Of a stretch of DNA of 64,000 bases, positions 34,983 through 43,879 are shown in pieces (the first letter of the stretch is position 1; every line of letters begins with the position of its first letter). The translations under genes were made by a program, and so were the position numbers. Origin of the DNA: an uncultured Candidatus Saccharibacteria bacterium (GTDB lineage Bacteria; Patescibacteriota; Minisyncoccia; Phycocordibacterales; UBA9973); contig CAZQAW010000002.1 of NCBI GenBank assembly GCA_964591445.1, forward strand, positions 3,394-67,393. Reading direction: 5' to 3'. Under the pieces are notes generated by a model, which worked only from the letters and a program-made list of their open reading frames with translations, was not told the origin of the DNA and ran no database searches.

Positions 34983-35117
34983 ATGTCATTCACATATAAC
35001 CCGAAAAAGCGAAAACGAGCCACAACTCACGGCTTTCTTGTTCGAAGCAAAACCAAGAACGGCAAGAACGTCTTGAAGCGCCGCCGAGCTCAGGGCCGAA
35101 AGCGAATAGCTCTCTAA
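34983..35117 (+). CDS. rpmH: 50S ribosomal protein L34 (44 aa). Not in the ORF track because it is shorter than 60 aa.
   Basis: My own translation: [44 protein letters not shown]. The stop lies 3 nt before rnpA. Confidence 0.85.
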   Translation: MSFTYNPKKRKRATTHGFLVRSKTKNGKNVLKRRRAQGRKRIAL

Positions 35118-35120
35118 ACT

Positions 35121-35453
35121 ATGCTCCCAAAGTCCAAGCGCGCCACATCTTCTCATATAGATGAACTCGCAAAAGGTAAAAAGACCCTTTCGGGGGCTTT
35201 TTTTACTATGTCGGTGAGATTTGTAAAAAACCCTTTAGAAATAAGCCGATTTGCGGTTATTGTCTCTAAAAAAGTGGCTAAAACAGCTGTTTCTCGCAAT
35301 AAGCTCCGCCGACAAGCCTATTCCGCCTTGGAAAATAAGGATATTTTTCTTCCCGCTGGGATGATCTGCGCTTTCTATGCTAAAAAAGAGGCTGAAAAAG
35401 CACAATACGCTGATTTATCAAGGGATATTTCAGAACTTATATCAAAAATATGA
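35121..35453 (+). CDS. rnpA: RNase P protein component.
   Basis: Basic protein with an RNR-like motif (SRNKLRRQAY). Positioned between rpmH and yidD. Confidence 0.85.
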   Translation: MLPKSKRATSSHIDELAKGKKTLSGAFFTMSVRFVKNPLEISRFAVIVSKKVAKTAVSRNKLRRQAYSALENKDIFLPAGMICAFYAKKEAEKAQYADLSRDISELISKI

Positions 35454-35665
35454 ACAAAATAGCTATATTTTTTATCAAATTCTATAAAATAATCCTTCGG
35501 CCATTCTTAGGTAATCAAAAAATCTGTGGATTCTACCCTACTTGTTCCGAATACGGTCTCCAAGCCTTTCAAAAATACAACTTTTTCAAAGCAAGCTATC
35601 TCACTATCCGAAGAATCCTTCGTTGCCATCCTTGGCAGAAAAATCATTTTGATCCACTGCCATAA
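35450..35665 (+). CDS. yidD: Membrane protein insertion efficiency factor YidD.
   Basis: FIKFYKIILRPFLG..CGFYPTCSEYGLQA is the conserved YidD motif. Overlaps rnpA by 4 nt (ATGA). Confidence 0.85.
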   Translation: MNKIAIFFIKFYKIILRPFLGNQKICGFYPTCSEYGLQAFQKYNFFKASYLTIRRILRCHPWQKNHFDPLP

Positions 35666-35704
35666 ATATTTTGAATAGTTCTCTTTTTAGAGTACAATAG
35701 GGAA

Positions 35705-36439
35705 ATGTTAACCTCACTTTGGACAGCTGTGCTCTATAAGCCACTTTATAACGCTCTCATTGCCATTATCGAGTTTATCCCGGGCCACAATGTTGCGGTC
35801 GCGGTGATTTTACTTACTATTATCGTCAAACTCATCCTCTTCCCTCTCACTCGCAAATCAATCATCAGCCAGGCAAAATTGAAAGAACTTGAACCGGAAA
35901 TCGCGCGATTGAAAGAACAATTCCCTGACAAACAAGAACAAGCAAAAAAGACGATGGAATTGTACAAGCAATACAACGTCAATCCATTCTCTGGTTGTTT
36001 ACTCATCTTGATCCAAATCCCGATTATCTTTGCGCTCTACTACGTGTTTTACAAAGGACTCAATTTTAATCCCGACATGCTCTACTCGTTCGTTGAATTT
36101 CCAAAAATCATGAGTATGGAATTTTTGGGAATTATGATGCAGGGCAAAAGTATTGTGCTCGCCGTGCTCGCTGGTGTTACACAATTTGTCCAAGCATATC
36201 TTTCTACTACAATGCCGACAAAGAATCCGAATCAGACTGGCTTTGCCGCTTCATTTGCACAAAGCATGAATATCCAAGTTCGTTACGTACTCCCAGTGAT
36301 CGTGGCAATCATCGCTTATCAGATTTCTGCTGCAGTTGCACTTTACTGGGTCACAAGCAACCTCTTTACTATTGGGCAAGAATTCCTCATCCGCCGCAAA
36401 CTAGGGTCCAAGAAAGTATCTGCTGTAACTCTCAACTAA
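35705..36439 (+). CDS. yidC: YidC/Oxa1-family membrane protein insertase (short form).
   Basis: Five-TM core carrying the conserved YidC helices. Confidence 0.85.
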   Translation: MLTSLWTAVLYKPLYNALIAIIEFIPGHNVAVAVILLTIIVKLILFPLTRKSIISQAKLKELEPEIARLKEQFPDKQEQAKKTMELYKQYNVNPFSGCLLILIQIPIIFALYYVFYKGLNFNPDMLYSFVEFPKIMSMEFLGIMMQGKSIVLAVLAGVTQFVQAYLSTTMPTKNPNQTGFAASFAQSMNIQVRYVLPVIVAIIAYQISAAVALYWVTSNLFTIGQEFLIRRKLGSKKVSAVTLN

Positions 36440-36440
36440 C

Positions 36441-36905
36441 ATGAACAGAAGCGATATAGAAAAAAGCATACACGACCTTTTCCGGGCAACGAATCTCACT
36501 ATCGACGAAGTGGTGGTGAAAGATGATGAAGACACAGGCATGGTATGGTTTTCTATTCGTACGAGCGAGCCGGAACTTTTTATCGGCCGAAATGGTGAAA
36601 CACTTCAAGCTTGGAACCATATCGTTCGCAAAATGATCGAGAAACAACTTACCAGAGCGGAAACCTTTACTGAAATCTTGATCGATGTAAACGACTATCA
36701 AAAGAAAAAAGTAGACAGTTTGAAAACAATAGCTCATATGATGGCTGAACGCGCACGATTCTTCAAATCAAGCGTCGATGTCGAGCCGATGTCCCCTTAT
36801 GAAAGAAAGATTATTCACTCATATCTTGCAAATAAAAACGATGTGACAACAGAGTCTGCGGGCGAAGGACGAGACAGGCATGTGGTGATCAAATACGTTG
36901 GTTAG
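36441..36905 (+). CDS. jag: Jag/KhpB-like RNA-binding protein (KH plus R3H domains).
   Basis: The C-terminal ERKIIHSYLANKNDVTTESAGEGRDRHVVIK is an R3H motif. Typical gene order after yidC. Confidence 0.8.
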   Translation: MNRSDIEKSIHDLFRATNLTIDEVVVKDDEDTGMVWFSIRTSEPELFIGRNGETLQAWNHIVRKMIEKQLTRAETFTEILIDVNDYQKKKVDSLKTIAHMMAERARFFKSSVDVEPMSPYERKIIHSYLANKNDVTTESAGEGRDRHVVIKYVG

Positions 36906-37019
36906 CCGCACAAAAGAAAAAGCATTCCGGAGACCTTGCGCAGGCTGTCGAGCCGAGCAGAGCAAATTTTCAGCAGAAAATTATGTCGTGTCTCCGGAAT
37001 GCTTTTTCTTTTGTGCGGC
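36905..37019 (+). ncRNA. Candidate structured RNA or repeat element, copy 2. The conserved core sits inside a perfect 30-bp stem that exactly fills the spacer between convergent jag and the gene at 37023.
   Basis: Core ACCTTGCGCAGGCTGTCGAGCCGAGCAGAGCAAATTTTCAGCAGAAAAT. Arms GCCGCACAAAAGAAAAAGCATTCCGGAGAC / GTCTCCGGAATGCTTTTTCTTTTGTGCGGC. Confidence 0.45.
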
Positions 37020-37022
37020 TTG

Positions 37023-38624
37023 TTAATTTAACTTCAAACTCCACAAGCTCGAATCTTTTTTATTGATGAAGAAAAGTTTGGTGCCGGTAGAGTCGATGGC
37101 GAGTGATACTGCATCGATATCTTGCCCGACGCTTTCAGTCGGAGTTTCGATGAGCGTATTTGTTCCAGTTTCAAAATCTATTTTCCAGATCACGTCAGAA
37201 AAACTCACAAGACCTTGGTACCACACGTCCGGATATTCCCCATTTGCCATTGCTGTTGGTACGCCGCAATAGGCAATGGTGTTTGTTGCAAAGACGCACT
37301 TTGCCGGCAAGGTTGTAAATGGAAATGTCGTTCGTGTCTGTTTTGCTCGGTTGTAGTCGTTGAACGTCACTATTCCTCCGACAGTTGCGCTATACAATAC
37401 ATGGTTTTTGTCTGGGCTCATAAGCGTAGTAAGGCCGTTGATCGGGCCAAGGATTTTTGAAGTTGTTTTTTTGTCTGTATCGAGCATATACGCATATCCG
37501 GGCACGGCGCTCGAAGCTTTTGTTGTAAGCAAGACTGTGTTTGTATTTACAAACTGCGGTTTCCATTCACTAAAAGGTGATTTGAATACAGAAGTTGTCT
37601 TGTTTTGCGTTGGCATGAACACATCGCCGTTTACTCCCCCGTCAAAACGTGTAAGATAAAATGTTCGTCCCACATCTCCTTTCACGAAAGACAAAATATT
37701 TTCCGGCAAAAACACCCCCTTGAGTTCTGTGTTTGTATTCTCTACGCCGATCGTATGTGTTGGTACTGTGCCGGCAAAAGTTTGAATTGCTTTTGTGTCT
37801 TGGTTGAGATATCTCATGACCACAGTTTCGCTTCCTGGTATAAATATCGCTTCGTGTACGCGTGGAATGGTTGTCGTTGTAACTTTCTCTACGCTCGGAC
37901 TATCGAGCAATGTCTCATATATACGCCCGGTCGCTTTTTCGGCGTAACGCACCACTTCTTTTTTAGTGATCTGAGGTGGAGGCACAGGCTTGGTGCACTG
38001 GAATGGAGTATTTAATTTTTCTCGTGTTGCTGCATCAACTTTGCCTGTTGGTTCTTGTGTTGCTTCGTCAAAAATAAAGAAGATTCGTTGGAAAATTTTC
38101 ACCGCGTTTTCTGTTGCCAGATCAAAAGTTGTGCTTTCCTTCCCCGGAGAACCGACGCCACTTGGCGCGATCTGTAGTTCACCGCACTGGTTGAAAAGTT
38201 TTTGCAGTTCTTTGACGTCAGTGTTCTTGGTTTTAATTCCCAGATCTTTTTTAAATACAAAAGTTGTTTGGGCTGTAACAACCTCTTTGTCTTCTTGTAC
38301 TTGGCCTGGCATGACGTCGACTTGCGCAAAGCCAAAACCTGCAACTGGATTTCCAGAAATCTGAATGAGCTTCTGTTCTTTGCTTGGAGTTGTATTTGTA
38401 TCAGTTTCTGCTGGTGTTGTGTCCGGAGTAAGCGGAGTTTCATTTTCGTCTACTTTTGTATTTGATCCAAAAGGAAAGAAGTCGCGAAGCGTGATCCCGC
38501 TTCCGTCTTGTAAAGGCTCGCCTGTGGCGGTCGTCGCAGATCTGCCTTTTAAATAAAGCAAACCGCCAAAGACCGCAGCCCCGACAACAATGAGTATGAC
38601 AATGATAATAAGTGCTTTTTTCAT
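37023..38624 (-). CDS. Membrane-anchored secreted protein with a putative peptidoglycan-binding-like segment. Function unknown.
   Basis: N-terminal TM, Thr/Pro-rich linker, an L..LF...G...G.PG.....FD..T..AVK.FQ pattern, and beta-rich C-terminal repeats. Confidence 0.4.
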   Translation of the reverse strand: MKKALIIIVILIVVGAAVFGGLLYLKGRSATTATGEPLQDGSGITLRDFFPFGSNTKVDENETPLTPDTTPAETDTNTTPSKEQKLIQISGNPVAGFGFAQVDVMPGQVQEDKEVVTAQTTFVFKKDLGIKTKNTDVKELQKLFNQCGELQIAPSGVGSPGKESTTFDLATENAVKIFQRIFFIFDEATQEPTGKVDAATREKLNTPFQCTKPVPPPQITKKEVVRYAEKATGRIYETLLDSPSVEKVTTTTIPRVHEAIFIPGSETVVMRYLNQDTKAIQTFAGTVPTHTIGVENTNTELKGVFLPENILSFVKGDVGRTFYLTRFDGGVNGDVFMPTQNKTTSVFKSPFSEWKPQFVNTNTVLLTTKASSAVPGYAYMLDTDKKTTSKILGPINGLTTLMSPDKNHVLYSATVGGIVTFNDYNRAKQTRTTFPFTTLPAKCVFATNTIAYCGVPTAMANGEYPDVWYQGLVSFSDVIWKIDFETGTNTLIETPTESVGQDIDAVSLAIDSTGTKLFFINKKDSSLWSLKLN

Positions 38625-38625
38625 A

Positions 38626-40191
38626 TTATTTACAATTACCTCCGTAGACCGAAAAGTGTGCGGCCGATATATCTCTCCAAACTAATATCTTAGATGGGTT
38701 GACTCCTCCGTTTACTAAAGTGGTTTTTTCTGCCGCCGTTTTTACTTCATATATTGCACACAAGCCGGCATTTTGCGCACTCGTTATAAATAGTTTAACA
38801 TTTTCTGCTGTTGGTGAAGCTCCGTCAAAGTTCGCGTCAATACATGTGCCAGCTGGGTGACAAGCAGCTTTATGTGTACGTGACGGCTGCCATGCTTCGG
38901 TCACTCCCCATTTTTCACCAATGGCGCTGCTTGCAAGTGCGGTCGTCATCGTTTGCAAATGCTGCTTCAGTATTTTTTCTACTTTTGTTCCCCTGCTGTT
39001 TTTGATAGGAACATCTACACCACCAGCTCCACGCAGTTCTATGCAATCTGTCGGACATCTTCCTGTGCCTTGTGGGTATTCGATGTTCAAGACAGTGCCG
39101 TCTTCTGCTACTTCTTCTACTGTGATAGTTTGCTTGTTTAGATCCAAATTGATCTCAAGCAGTTTTGGATTGAGCGTATTTAATATCGCGTACGCGCCAA
39201 GTACCAAGATAAGACCCAAGATCGCGTTTGTCATTCTCCCCTTCGCGCTTTCTTTGCTTGTGATGACATCGCTTGACATGTATTCAATACCCCCAATGAC
39301 AAGCATAAGCACAGCGAGCACTCCGGCAAGCGCAATACCGATACGGAATATGATTTTCAAATAATCTGCTACTTTTGTATCAGTGGTGTCGATTGTTGAA
39401 AGTCCGGGAAGTGGCGCAAGCAAGCAGTATTGGTTTGGAATACAACCAGGTTCTGTTGCGGCACTTACGCCATTGCCAGAGTTCAAAACTTGTCCGGGTT
39501 TTGCAGATGTGCGGAAGAATCCGTCGAAATAATTTGTATTGGTTGCGGTATTGTAGACCTGATAATAATAGTCTGTGTTGCCATTCAAATTTTTGAGTTC
39601 TATTTTTGCGTTAAATGTCCCTGGCTGTGTACTTTTGAAGAACTCACCAAGTTTTTGATCGTATGTCCCCGGTCCAGCCGAACTATACCGTGCTCCAAGA
39701 GTAAACGATCCTGTGCCTGCAATTATTATCTTTAAATTGATAGTTGCTTCTTGAAATCCAGCATTCTGGGTATCGAGCAATACTGATACTTCTTTGTCTG
39801 TTACGTCTTTTTCTTTTTCTGTTTTGAAACAAATATCTGATCCATATATCGGCGTCTGAGTACTACTGCTTGCATCAGTTACAAAGATGCAATAGTCTGT
39901 ATCTATTTTTAGGCCCGTAAGGCGTTTTGAGAGCATATTGTTTGGGCCAAGTGCAAATGGGGGCGTGAAAACAAATTGAGTTCCATCGACTCCGTTTTCT
40001 CTATACCCAATTTTTATGCTTGATCCAGTTGGTTCGAGAATCTTTCCTGTAATAAGGGCAGAGTTTATTGTCTTCTCTTCAACTTTCATGTTAATTGCCT
40101 GCACAGCATCTGCTGTAAAAGGCACAATGAACACTACTGCAAGTAGTGCGATGACTGCATATTCTTTTATATAGCCCAAAAGCTTTTGCAT
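38626..40191 (-). CDS. Hypothetical membrane protein (N-terminal signal, two central TM helices, Cys-containing C-terminal domain). Possible secretion-apparatus component.
   Basis: Central IIFRIGIALAGVLAVLMLVIGGIEYM and AILGLILVLGAYAILNTLNP helices. The assignment rests on context with VirB4 and VirB6-like genes only. Confidence 0.35.
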   Translation of the reverse strand: MQKLLGYIKEYAVIALLAVVFIVPFTADAVQAINMKVEEKTINSALITGKILEPTGSSIKIGYRENGVDGTQFVFTPPFALGPNNMLSKRLTGLKIDTDYCIFVTDASSSTQTPIYGSDICFKTEKEKDVTDKEVSVLLDTQNAGFQEATINLKIIIAGTGSFTLGARYSSAGPGTYDQKLGEFFKSTQPGTFNAKIELKNLNGNTDYYYQVYNTATNTNYFDGFFRTSAKPGQVLNSGNGVSAATEPGCIPNQYCLLAPLPGLSTIDTTDTKVADYLKIIFRIGIALAGVLAVLMLVIGGIEYMSSDVITSKESAKGRMTNAILGLILVLGAYAILNTLNPKLLEINLDLNKQTITVEEVAEDGTVLNIEYPQGTGRCPTDCIELRGAGGVDVPIKNSRGTKVEKILKQHLQTMTTALASSAIGEKWGVTEAWQPSRTHKAACHPAGTCIDANFDGASPTAENVKLFITSAQNAGLCAIYEVKTAAEKTTLVNGGVNPSKILVWRDISAAHFSVYGGNCK

Positions 40192-40192
40192 G

Positions 40193-41188
40193 TTATTTGA
40201 TGATATCTATATAAAACGATTGTGTCGTAAGCTGGAAAAGTTTCGTTACGCTTTCAAGTTCAAGCCCTACTTTTGCTCGCCCATTCTCCCCTCCGCGAAC
40301 TACGAGCAAGTTTCTTGGAAGCGGAGTTTCTATTTTATTGTTATTGATACTCCATTTGTAAGCGATTTCGTTTGTGTTCGGATCTTTCACCGAGAAGAAG
40401 TATGGTTCTGCCACGATGCTTGCTTCTTTAGAAGTCAGCCGGTATCCGTTGTTGAGCGCTTGAGCAAAGAGTGTTCCCTGAAGCGGCGATTCTTCGTAAA
40501 ACACAACTTTCGGTTTACCTGGAACGATAGTTATGCTTGCCTCGCCTCCAGTCGTCTGACTTGTTGCGTTTACTGAAATAGTCTCTTCCTTGTTCAGATA
40601 GCTTGCTTTGAAAGTAAAAGTATTCTTGCCGTAGCCAGATGCACGTTGGTCGATAGTATAATTCTTTTTCCAGTTGTAAGAATACGCACCTGCTCCGCCG
40701 TTTGTAGATTTTGCATTTGGAAGCGCCACCACTTTGATGGTCGCTTCTGAGCTTGGCAATGCTTTTCCTTCATAAAACGGCGGCACGTATGAATCAAGCG
40801 CTTCCCACAGCATGTCGAATTCCGAAGGAGTGATAACGACCTGTTTTTCAAAAGTAGCGCTGTTTGACTTGATGACGGCGCGGATGGTTGTAGATACGCC
40901 AACGTCTGGCGCACGTACTGAAAATGTTTTAATGCCATTTGCATTACTTTTGAGTTTTCCATCTTGGTACCAAGTGATTTGAGAAAGATTGAGGTCAACA
41001 CTGTAGCTCGTCAAAGTAATGGTTACGTCTTGGTTCGGCTGTGGATTTTCCGGCGCCACAGTCATGCTGATATCGCTTGCGGTTAAGGCACTTTGAGCAT
41101 AAACATTTCCAGCTCCAAAAACCGAAGCCAAAAAGACAAGTGCGAGTGTGTGCACGAGGAAAACTTTGTAATGAAAACGAGAGTTCAT
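40193..41188 (-). CDS. Hypothetical secreted beta-rich protein.
   Basis: Signal peptide MNSRFHYKVFLVHTLALVFLASVFGAGNVYA. Translationally coupled (1-nt gap) to the upstream gene. Confidence 0.4.
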   Translation of the reverse strand: MNSRFHYKVFLVHTLALVFLASVFGAGNVYAQSALTASDISMTVAPENPQPNQDVTITLTSYSVDLNLSQITWYQDGKLKSNANGIKTFSVRAPDVGVSTTIRAVIKSNSATFEKQVVITPSEFDMLWEALDSYVPPFYEGKALPSSEATIKVVALPNAKSTNGGAGAYSYNWKKNYTIDQRASGYGKNTFTFKASYLNKEETISVNATSQTTGGEASITIVPGKPKVVFYEESPLQGTLFAQALNNGYRLTSKEASIVAEPYFFSVKDPNTNEIAYKWSINNNKIETPLPRNLLVVRGGENGRAKVGLELESVTKLFQLTTQSFYIDIIK

Positions 41189-41234
41189 TAGCTTAAGTAT
41201 AAAATACTTTGTATGAAAATACGAGGGAAAAGTC

Positions 41235-43067
41235 TTACTTTACACCCTTCTCTGCCATTTCGAGTTCGTCTTTAGATTTCTTGATTGCAAGCACTTGCGA
41301 CGGGTCAGACGTGATGATCTGGTCTTCGGTATAAGACGAGATGATTTTGATAGCGACGTGTTTGAGTCCGGCAAAGAAAATACCTTCTCCGACGTTTGAT
41401 TCAAGAAGCAAATATTTCTCTTCGTCTGTGAGGTTAAAGGTTTTTTGGAGTAAGTCGATCGATGACGGAGACTGTTTAAGTAGAAGTTGGAGCGAAGAGT
41501 TAGTAACAATCGGCACGCCGTACGGGCTTTTCATAAAGTCCCCTACGTCTTGAGTGATCGTACAAAGTCCAAGGTAGTATTTTCGGCCACGCTTTGCGAT
41601 CGAGTACAAGAACGACGCTGTATCGTCGGATTTCATCATCCACCACGCTTCGTCGACAACGAGCAAGCGCTTTTTCAAATTCTTGCGCACTGCGTTCCAA
41701 ATATAGTGCGTGACGATGTACATGGCAACCGGTTTCAATTCGTCTTCCATGTCGCGCACGGAAAAAACGACGAACTTTTTGTTGATGTCGACGTTTGAAG
41801 GCTGGTTTAAAAATGTAGACCATGAACCGCGAGTGAACTTTGCCAAGCGCTGAATGAGAGACTCACTTCCCTCCATGCCAGCTAAGACCATTTCAAAGTC
41901 AGTCAAAAGCGGCGGCTCGATATTTGAGAAATCTGAATCAGCGGTGATGTCTTTGATCGCGTATGTTTCGGTAATCGCGCGGTCGACGATGGAATCTTCT
42001 TCCGGAGTAAGGCCGCCAAGCATGATACGGAAAAGCCCGACCAAGTTGATCACGTTTGAACGAAGCACGTCCGCCGGAGTTTCATCTTCGCGAGGAATTG
42101 GAAGATCAAACGGGTTGATGTGGTGTTCTGAAGAAAGTGCAATGTTGAAGTATCGCCCGCCGACGGCTTCGGCCAAATATTCGTATTCTTTTTCCGGGTC
42201 GATCACGATAACTTCTGTATCGAACATGAGCGTACGAAGGATTTCGAGTTTTGTCGCGTATGATTTACCGGAACCAGATTTGGCAAAGATGATCGAGTTG
42301 TAGTTTTCCAAAGAAAATCGATCGAAAATGACGAGCGAAGAGTTGTGGCGATTTACGCCATAGAGTATTCCCTTGTCAGACGTAAGGTCAAACGAAACGA
42401 ATGGAAAAAGCGAAGAAAGCGGCTCAGAATTGAGCTTTTGGTGGACGTTCAAGAGGTCACTTCCGAGAGGAATGACTGAATCAAACCCTTCTTCTTGCTG
42501 GAAAAGTGCCGGTTTCAAATAGACAAGCTTTGATTCGAGGATAGACTTGATTTCGTTCTCAATTTTAAAAAGCTCATTTTCGTTGTTGCCGTATACTGTT
42601 ATATAAAGCCCGACGTCAAAAATCTTTTCTTGCGCTTGTTGCAAATTGTCTCGCAATCCTTCCAAGTCTTGATACGCGGTGTCGAGCATCGGGTCGCGAA
42701 CAAGGCCTTTGCTTTCGCGGATGTTGATCTGGCTTTGTACTTCGGCAACTTTCTTTTGGAACTCGCGGAGGATTTTTGCAGTTTCGATCGGATGGATGAA
42801 AATGGAAACGTCAAAGATCTTGTCGAGGTTGATGATCGGAGAGAACCAGTTGTCGGAAAGATAGCGTGGATACGAAATGACGAAGAATGTGCGAGCCATT
42901 TTGTCTCCCAAGTTAAGTGCCTTTGGTTCTATTTTGAGCGCAGACGGCGCAATGATATCGCGGAATTCAAGCGTTGCCGCTTCATAAATTTCCGTCGGCA
43001 AAACCGGAAGCACCTGCTTCTTCCCCGCTCCGTCATCTTTCTTTTTTAGAAAATCAAAAAGTGCCAT
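41235..43067 (-). CDS. virB4: VirB4/TrbE/TraC-family type IV secretion ATPase, C-terminal ATPase portion of 610 aa.
   Basis: Walker A IIFAKSGSGKSYATK, Walker B LLVVDEAWWMM, and family-typical blocks (GLCTITQDVGDF). Confidence 0.8.
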   Translation of the reverse strand: MALFDFLKKKDDGAGKKQVLPVLPTEIYEAATLEFRDIIAPSALKIEPKALNLGDKMARTFFVISYPRYLSDNWFSPIINLDKIFDVSIFIHPIETAKILREFQKKVAEVQSQINIRESKGLVRDPMLDTAYQDLEGLRDNLQQAQEKIFDVGLYITVYGNNENELFKIENEIKSILESKLVYLKPALFQQEEGFDSVIPLGSDLLNVHQKLNSEPLSSLFPFVSFDLTSDKGILYGVNRHNSSLVIFDRFSLENYNSIIFAKSGSGKSYATKLEILRTLMFDTEVIVIDPEKEYEYLAEAVGGRYFNIALSSEHHINPFDLPIPREDETPADVLRSNVINLVGLFRIMLGGLTPEEDSIVDRAITETYAIKDITADSDFSNIEPPLLTDFEMVLAGMEGSESLIQRLAKFTRGSWSTFLNQPSNVDINKKFVVFSVRDMEDELKPVAMYIVTHYIWNAVRKNLKKRLLVVDEAWWMMKSDDTASFLYSIAKRGRKYYLGLCTITQDVGDFMKSPYGVPIVTNSSLQLLLKQSPSSIDLLQKTFNLTDEEKYLLLESNVGEGIFFAGLKHVAIKIISSYTEDQIITSDPSQVLAIKKSKDELEMAEKGVK

Positions 43068-43068
43068 A

Positions 43069-43722
43069 TTATTTTTCGAGTTTGATAGACTGTGTTACTT
43101 CGCCAGGGTTAAAAATTTTATAAAAGAGTTCCACGATTTCTTCGGTGCCAAGCGCGACAGTGCGGATGCCGATGCGAGAAAGTCCTTGTTGGATGACGCC
43201 GATGCGCTGGTCGAGCTGGCTGCGTTTTTCTTCAAAGTTGATTTGGTCTGCGGTGCGTTTATCCGTCGGATCTTTTTGTTGGCCCGGAAGCAAATTTTTC
43301 AAACCGGCAATCGTCCCTTCACTTCCCAAAGCCGGCTGCGTGTATGGCACGGTGATGAAAAAGCTTTTCGTCATGATGTTGACGCTTTCGGTAAAAGAGC
43401 GGATGAATTCAATATATTCTCGAGTTTGGATTTTAAGGAGTGGTTCGAGCTGTTCTTTCATGCGGTTCTCGAGCAAGCCAAGATATGGGCGGATGTCGAG
43501 CCGGCGGGATTGCACAGAGATTTGTGTAGAAAAATCAAGCGAATTTAAAAAGTTCTGGAATTGCAAAAGCACTGCTTGCTGTTCGTCGACAGATTTGAGC
43601 GAAAGGTTGATGGACGACGCCAAAAGTACAGCGCGAATGCCGCCGTCTTTTAAAATAATGATACCGTCCCTGACTTCTTTGATCGGGACAAAATCTTGCG
43701 TTGCTTGAGCTCTGACTGCCAT
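43069..43722 (-). CDS. virB4: VirB4-family N-terminal domain encoded as a separate 217-aa ORF. Either a split gene or a frameshift at an A5/T5 run.
   Basis: TQDFVPIKEVRDGIIILKDGGIRAVLLASSINLSLKSVDEQQAVL is the characteristic N-terminus of Gram-positive/conjugative VirB4 proteins (PIKDIRDGII..KDG.Y..ILE...INF.L.S.EEQ). Its stop TAA is separated by 1 nt from the ATG of the ATPase ORF, in a different frame. Combined length 827 aa. Confidence 0.55.
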   Translation of the reverse strand: MAVRAQATQDFVPIKEVRDGIIILKDGGIRAVLLASSINLSLKSVDEQQAVLLQFQNFLNSLDFSTQISVQSRRLDIRPYLGLLENRMKEQLEPLLKIQTREYIEFIRSFTESVNIMTKSFFITVPYTQPALGSEGTIAGLKNLLPGQQKDPTDKRTADQINFEEKRSQLDQRIGVIQQGLSRIGIRTVALGTEEIVELFYKIFNPGEVTQSIKLEK

Positions 43723-43756
43723 TAGGTTTAGTATAGCACTTACTCTTTTATTTTAT

Positions 43757-43870
43757 GGTGTGTATTCCTCCTCTCCTAGCCAGGAGAGGACTACGGCTTG
43801 CCGAGTGGTGAGGTTGTTTGTTCCTGAACTCAACCTCACCCCGAACCTTCGGTCGACCCTCTCCTAGCCA
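43757..43870. repeat. GC-rich nested-palindrome element, copy c (composite): CCTCTCCTAGCCAGGAGAGG ... GTGGTGAGG ... CCTCACCCC GAACCTTCGGTCGA CCCTCTCCTAGCCAGGAGAGGG.
   Basis: Contains the same outer (CCTCACCCC/GGTGAGG), linker (CCGnACnTTCGnTC) and inner palindrome modules as copy a. Lies in the intergenic region between the virB4 N-domain gene and the prgI-like gene. Confidence 0.6.
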
Positions 43871-43879
43871 GGAGAGGGT

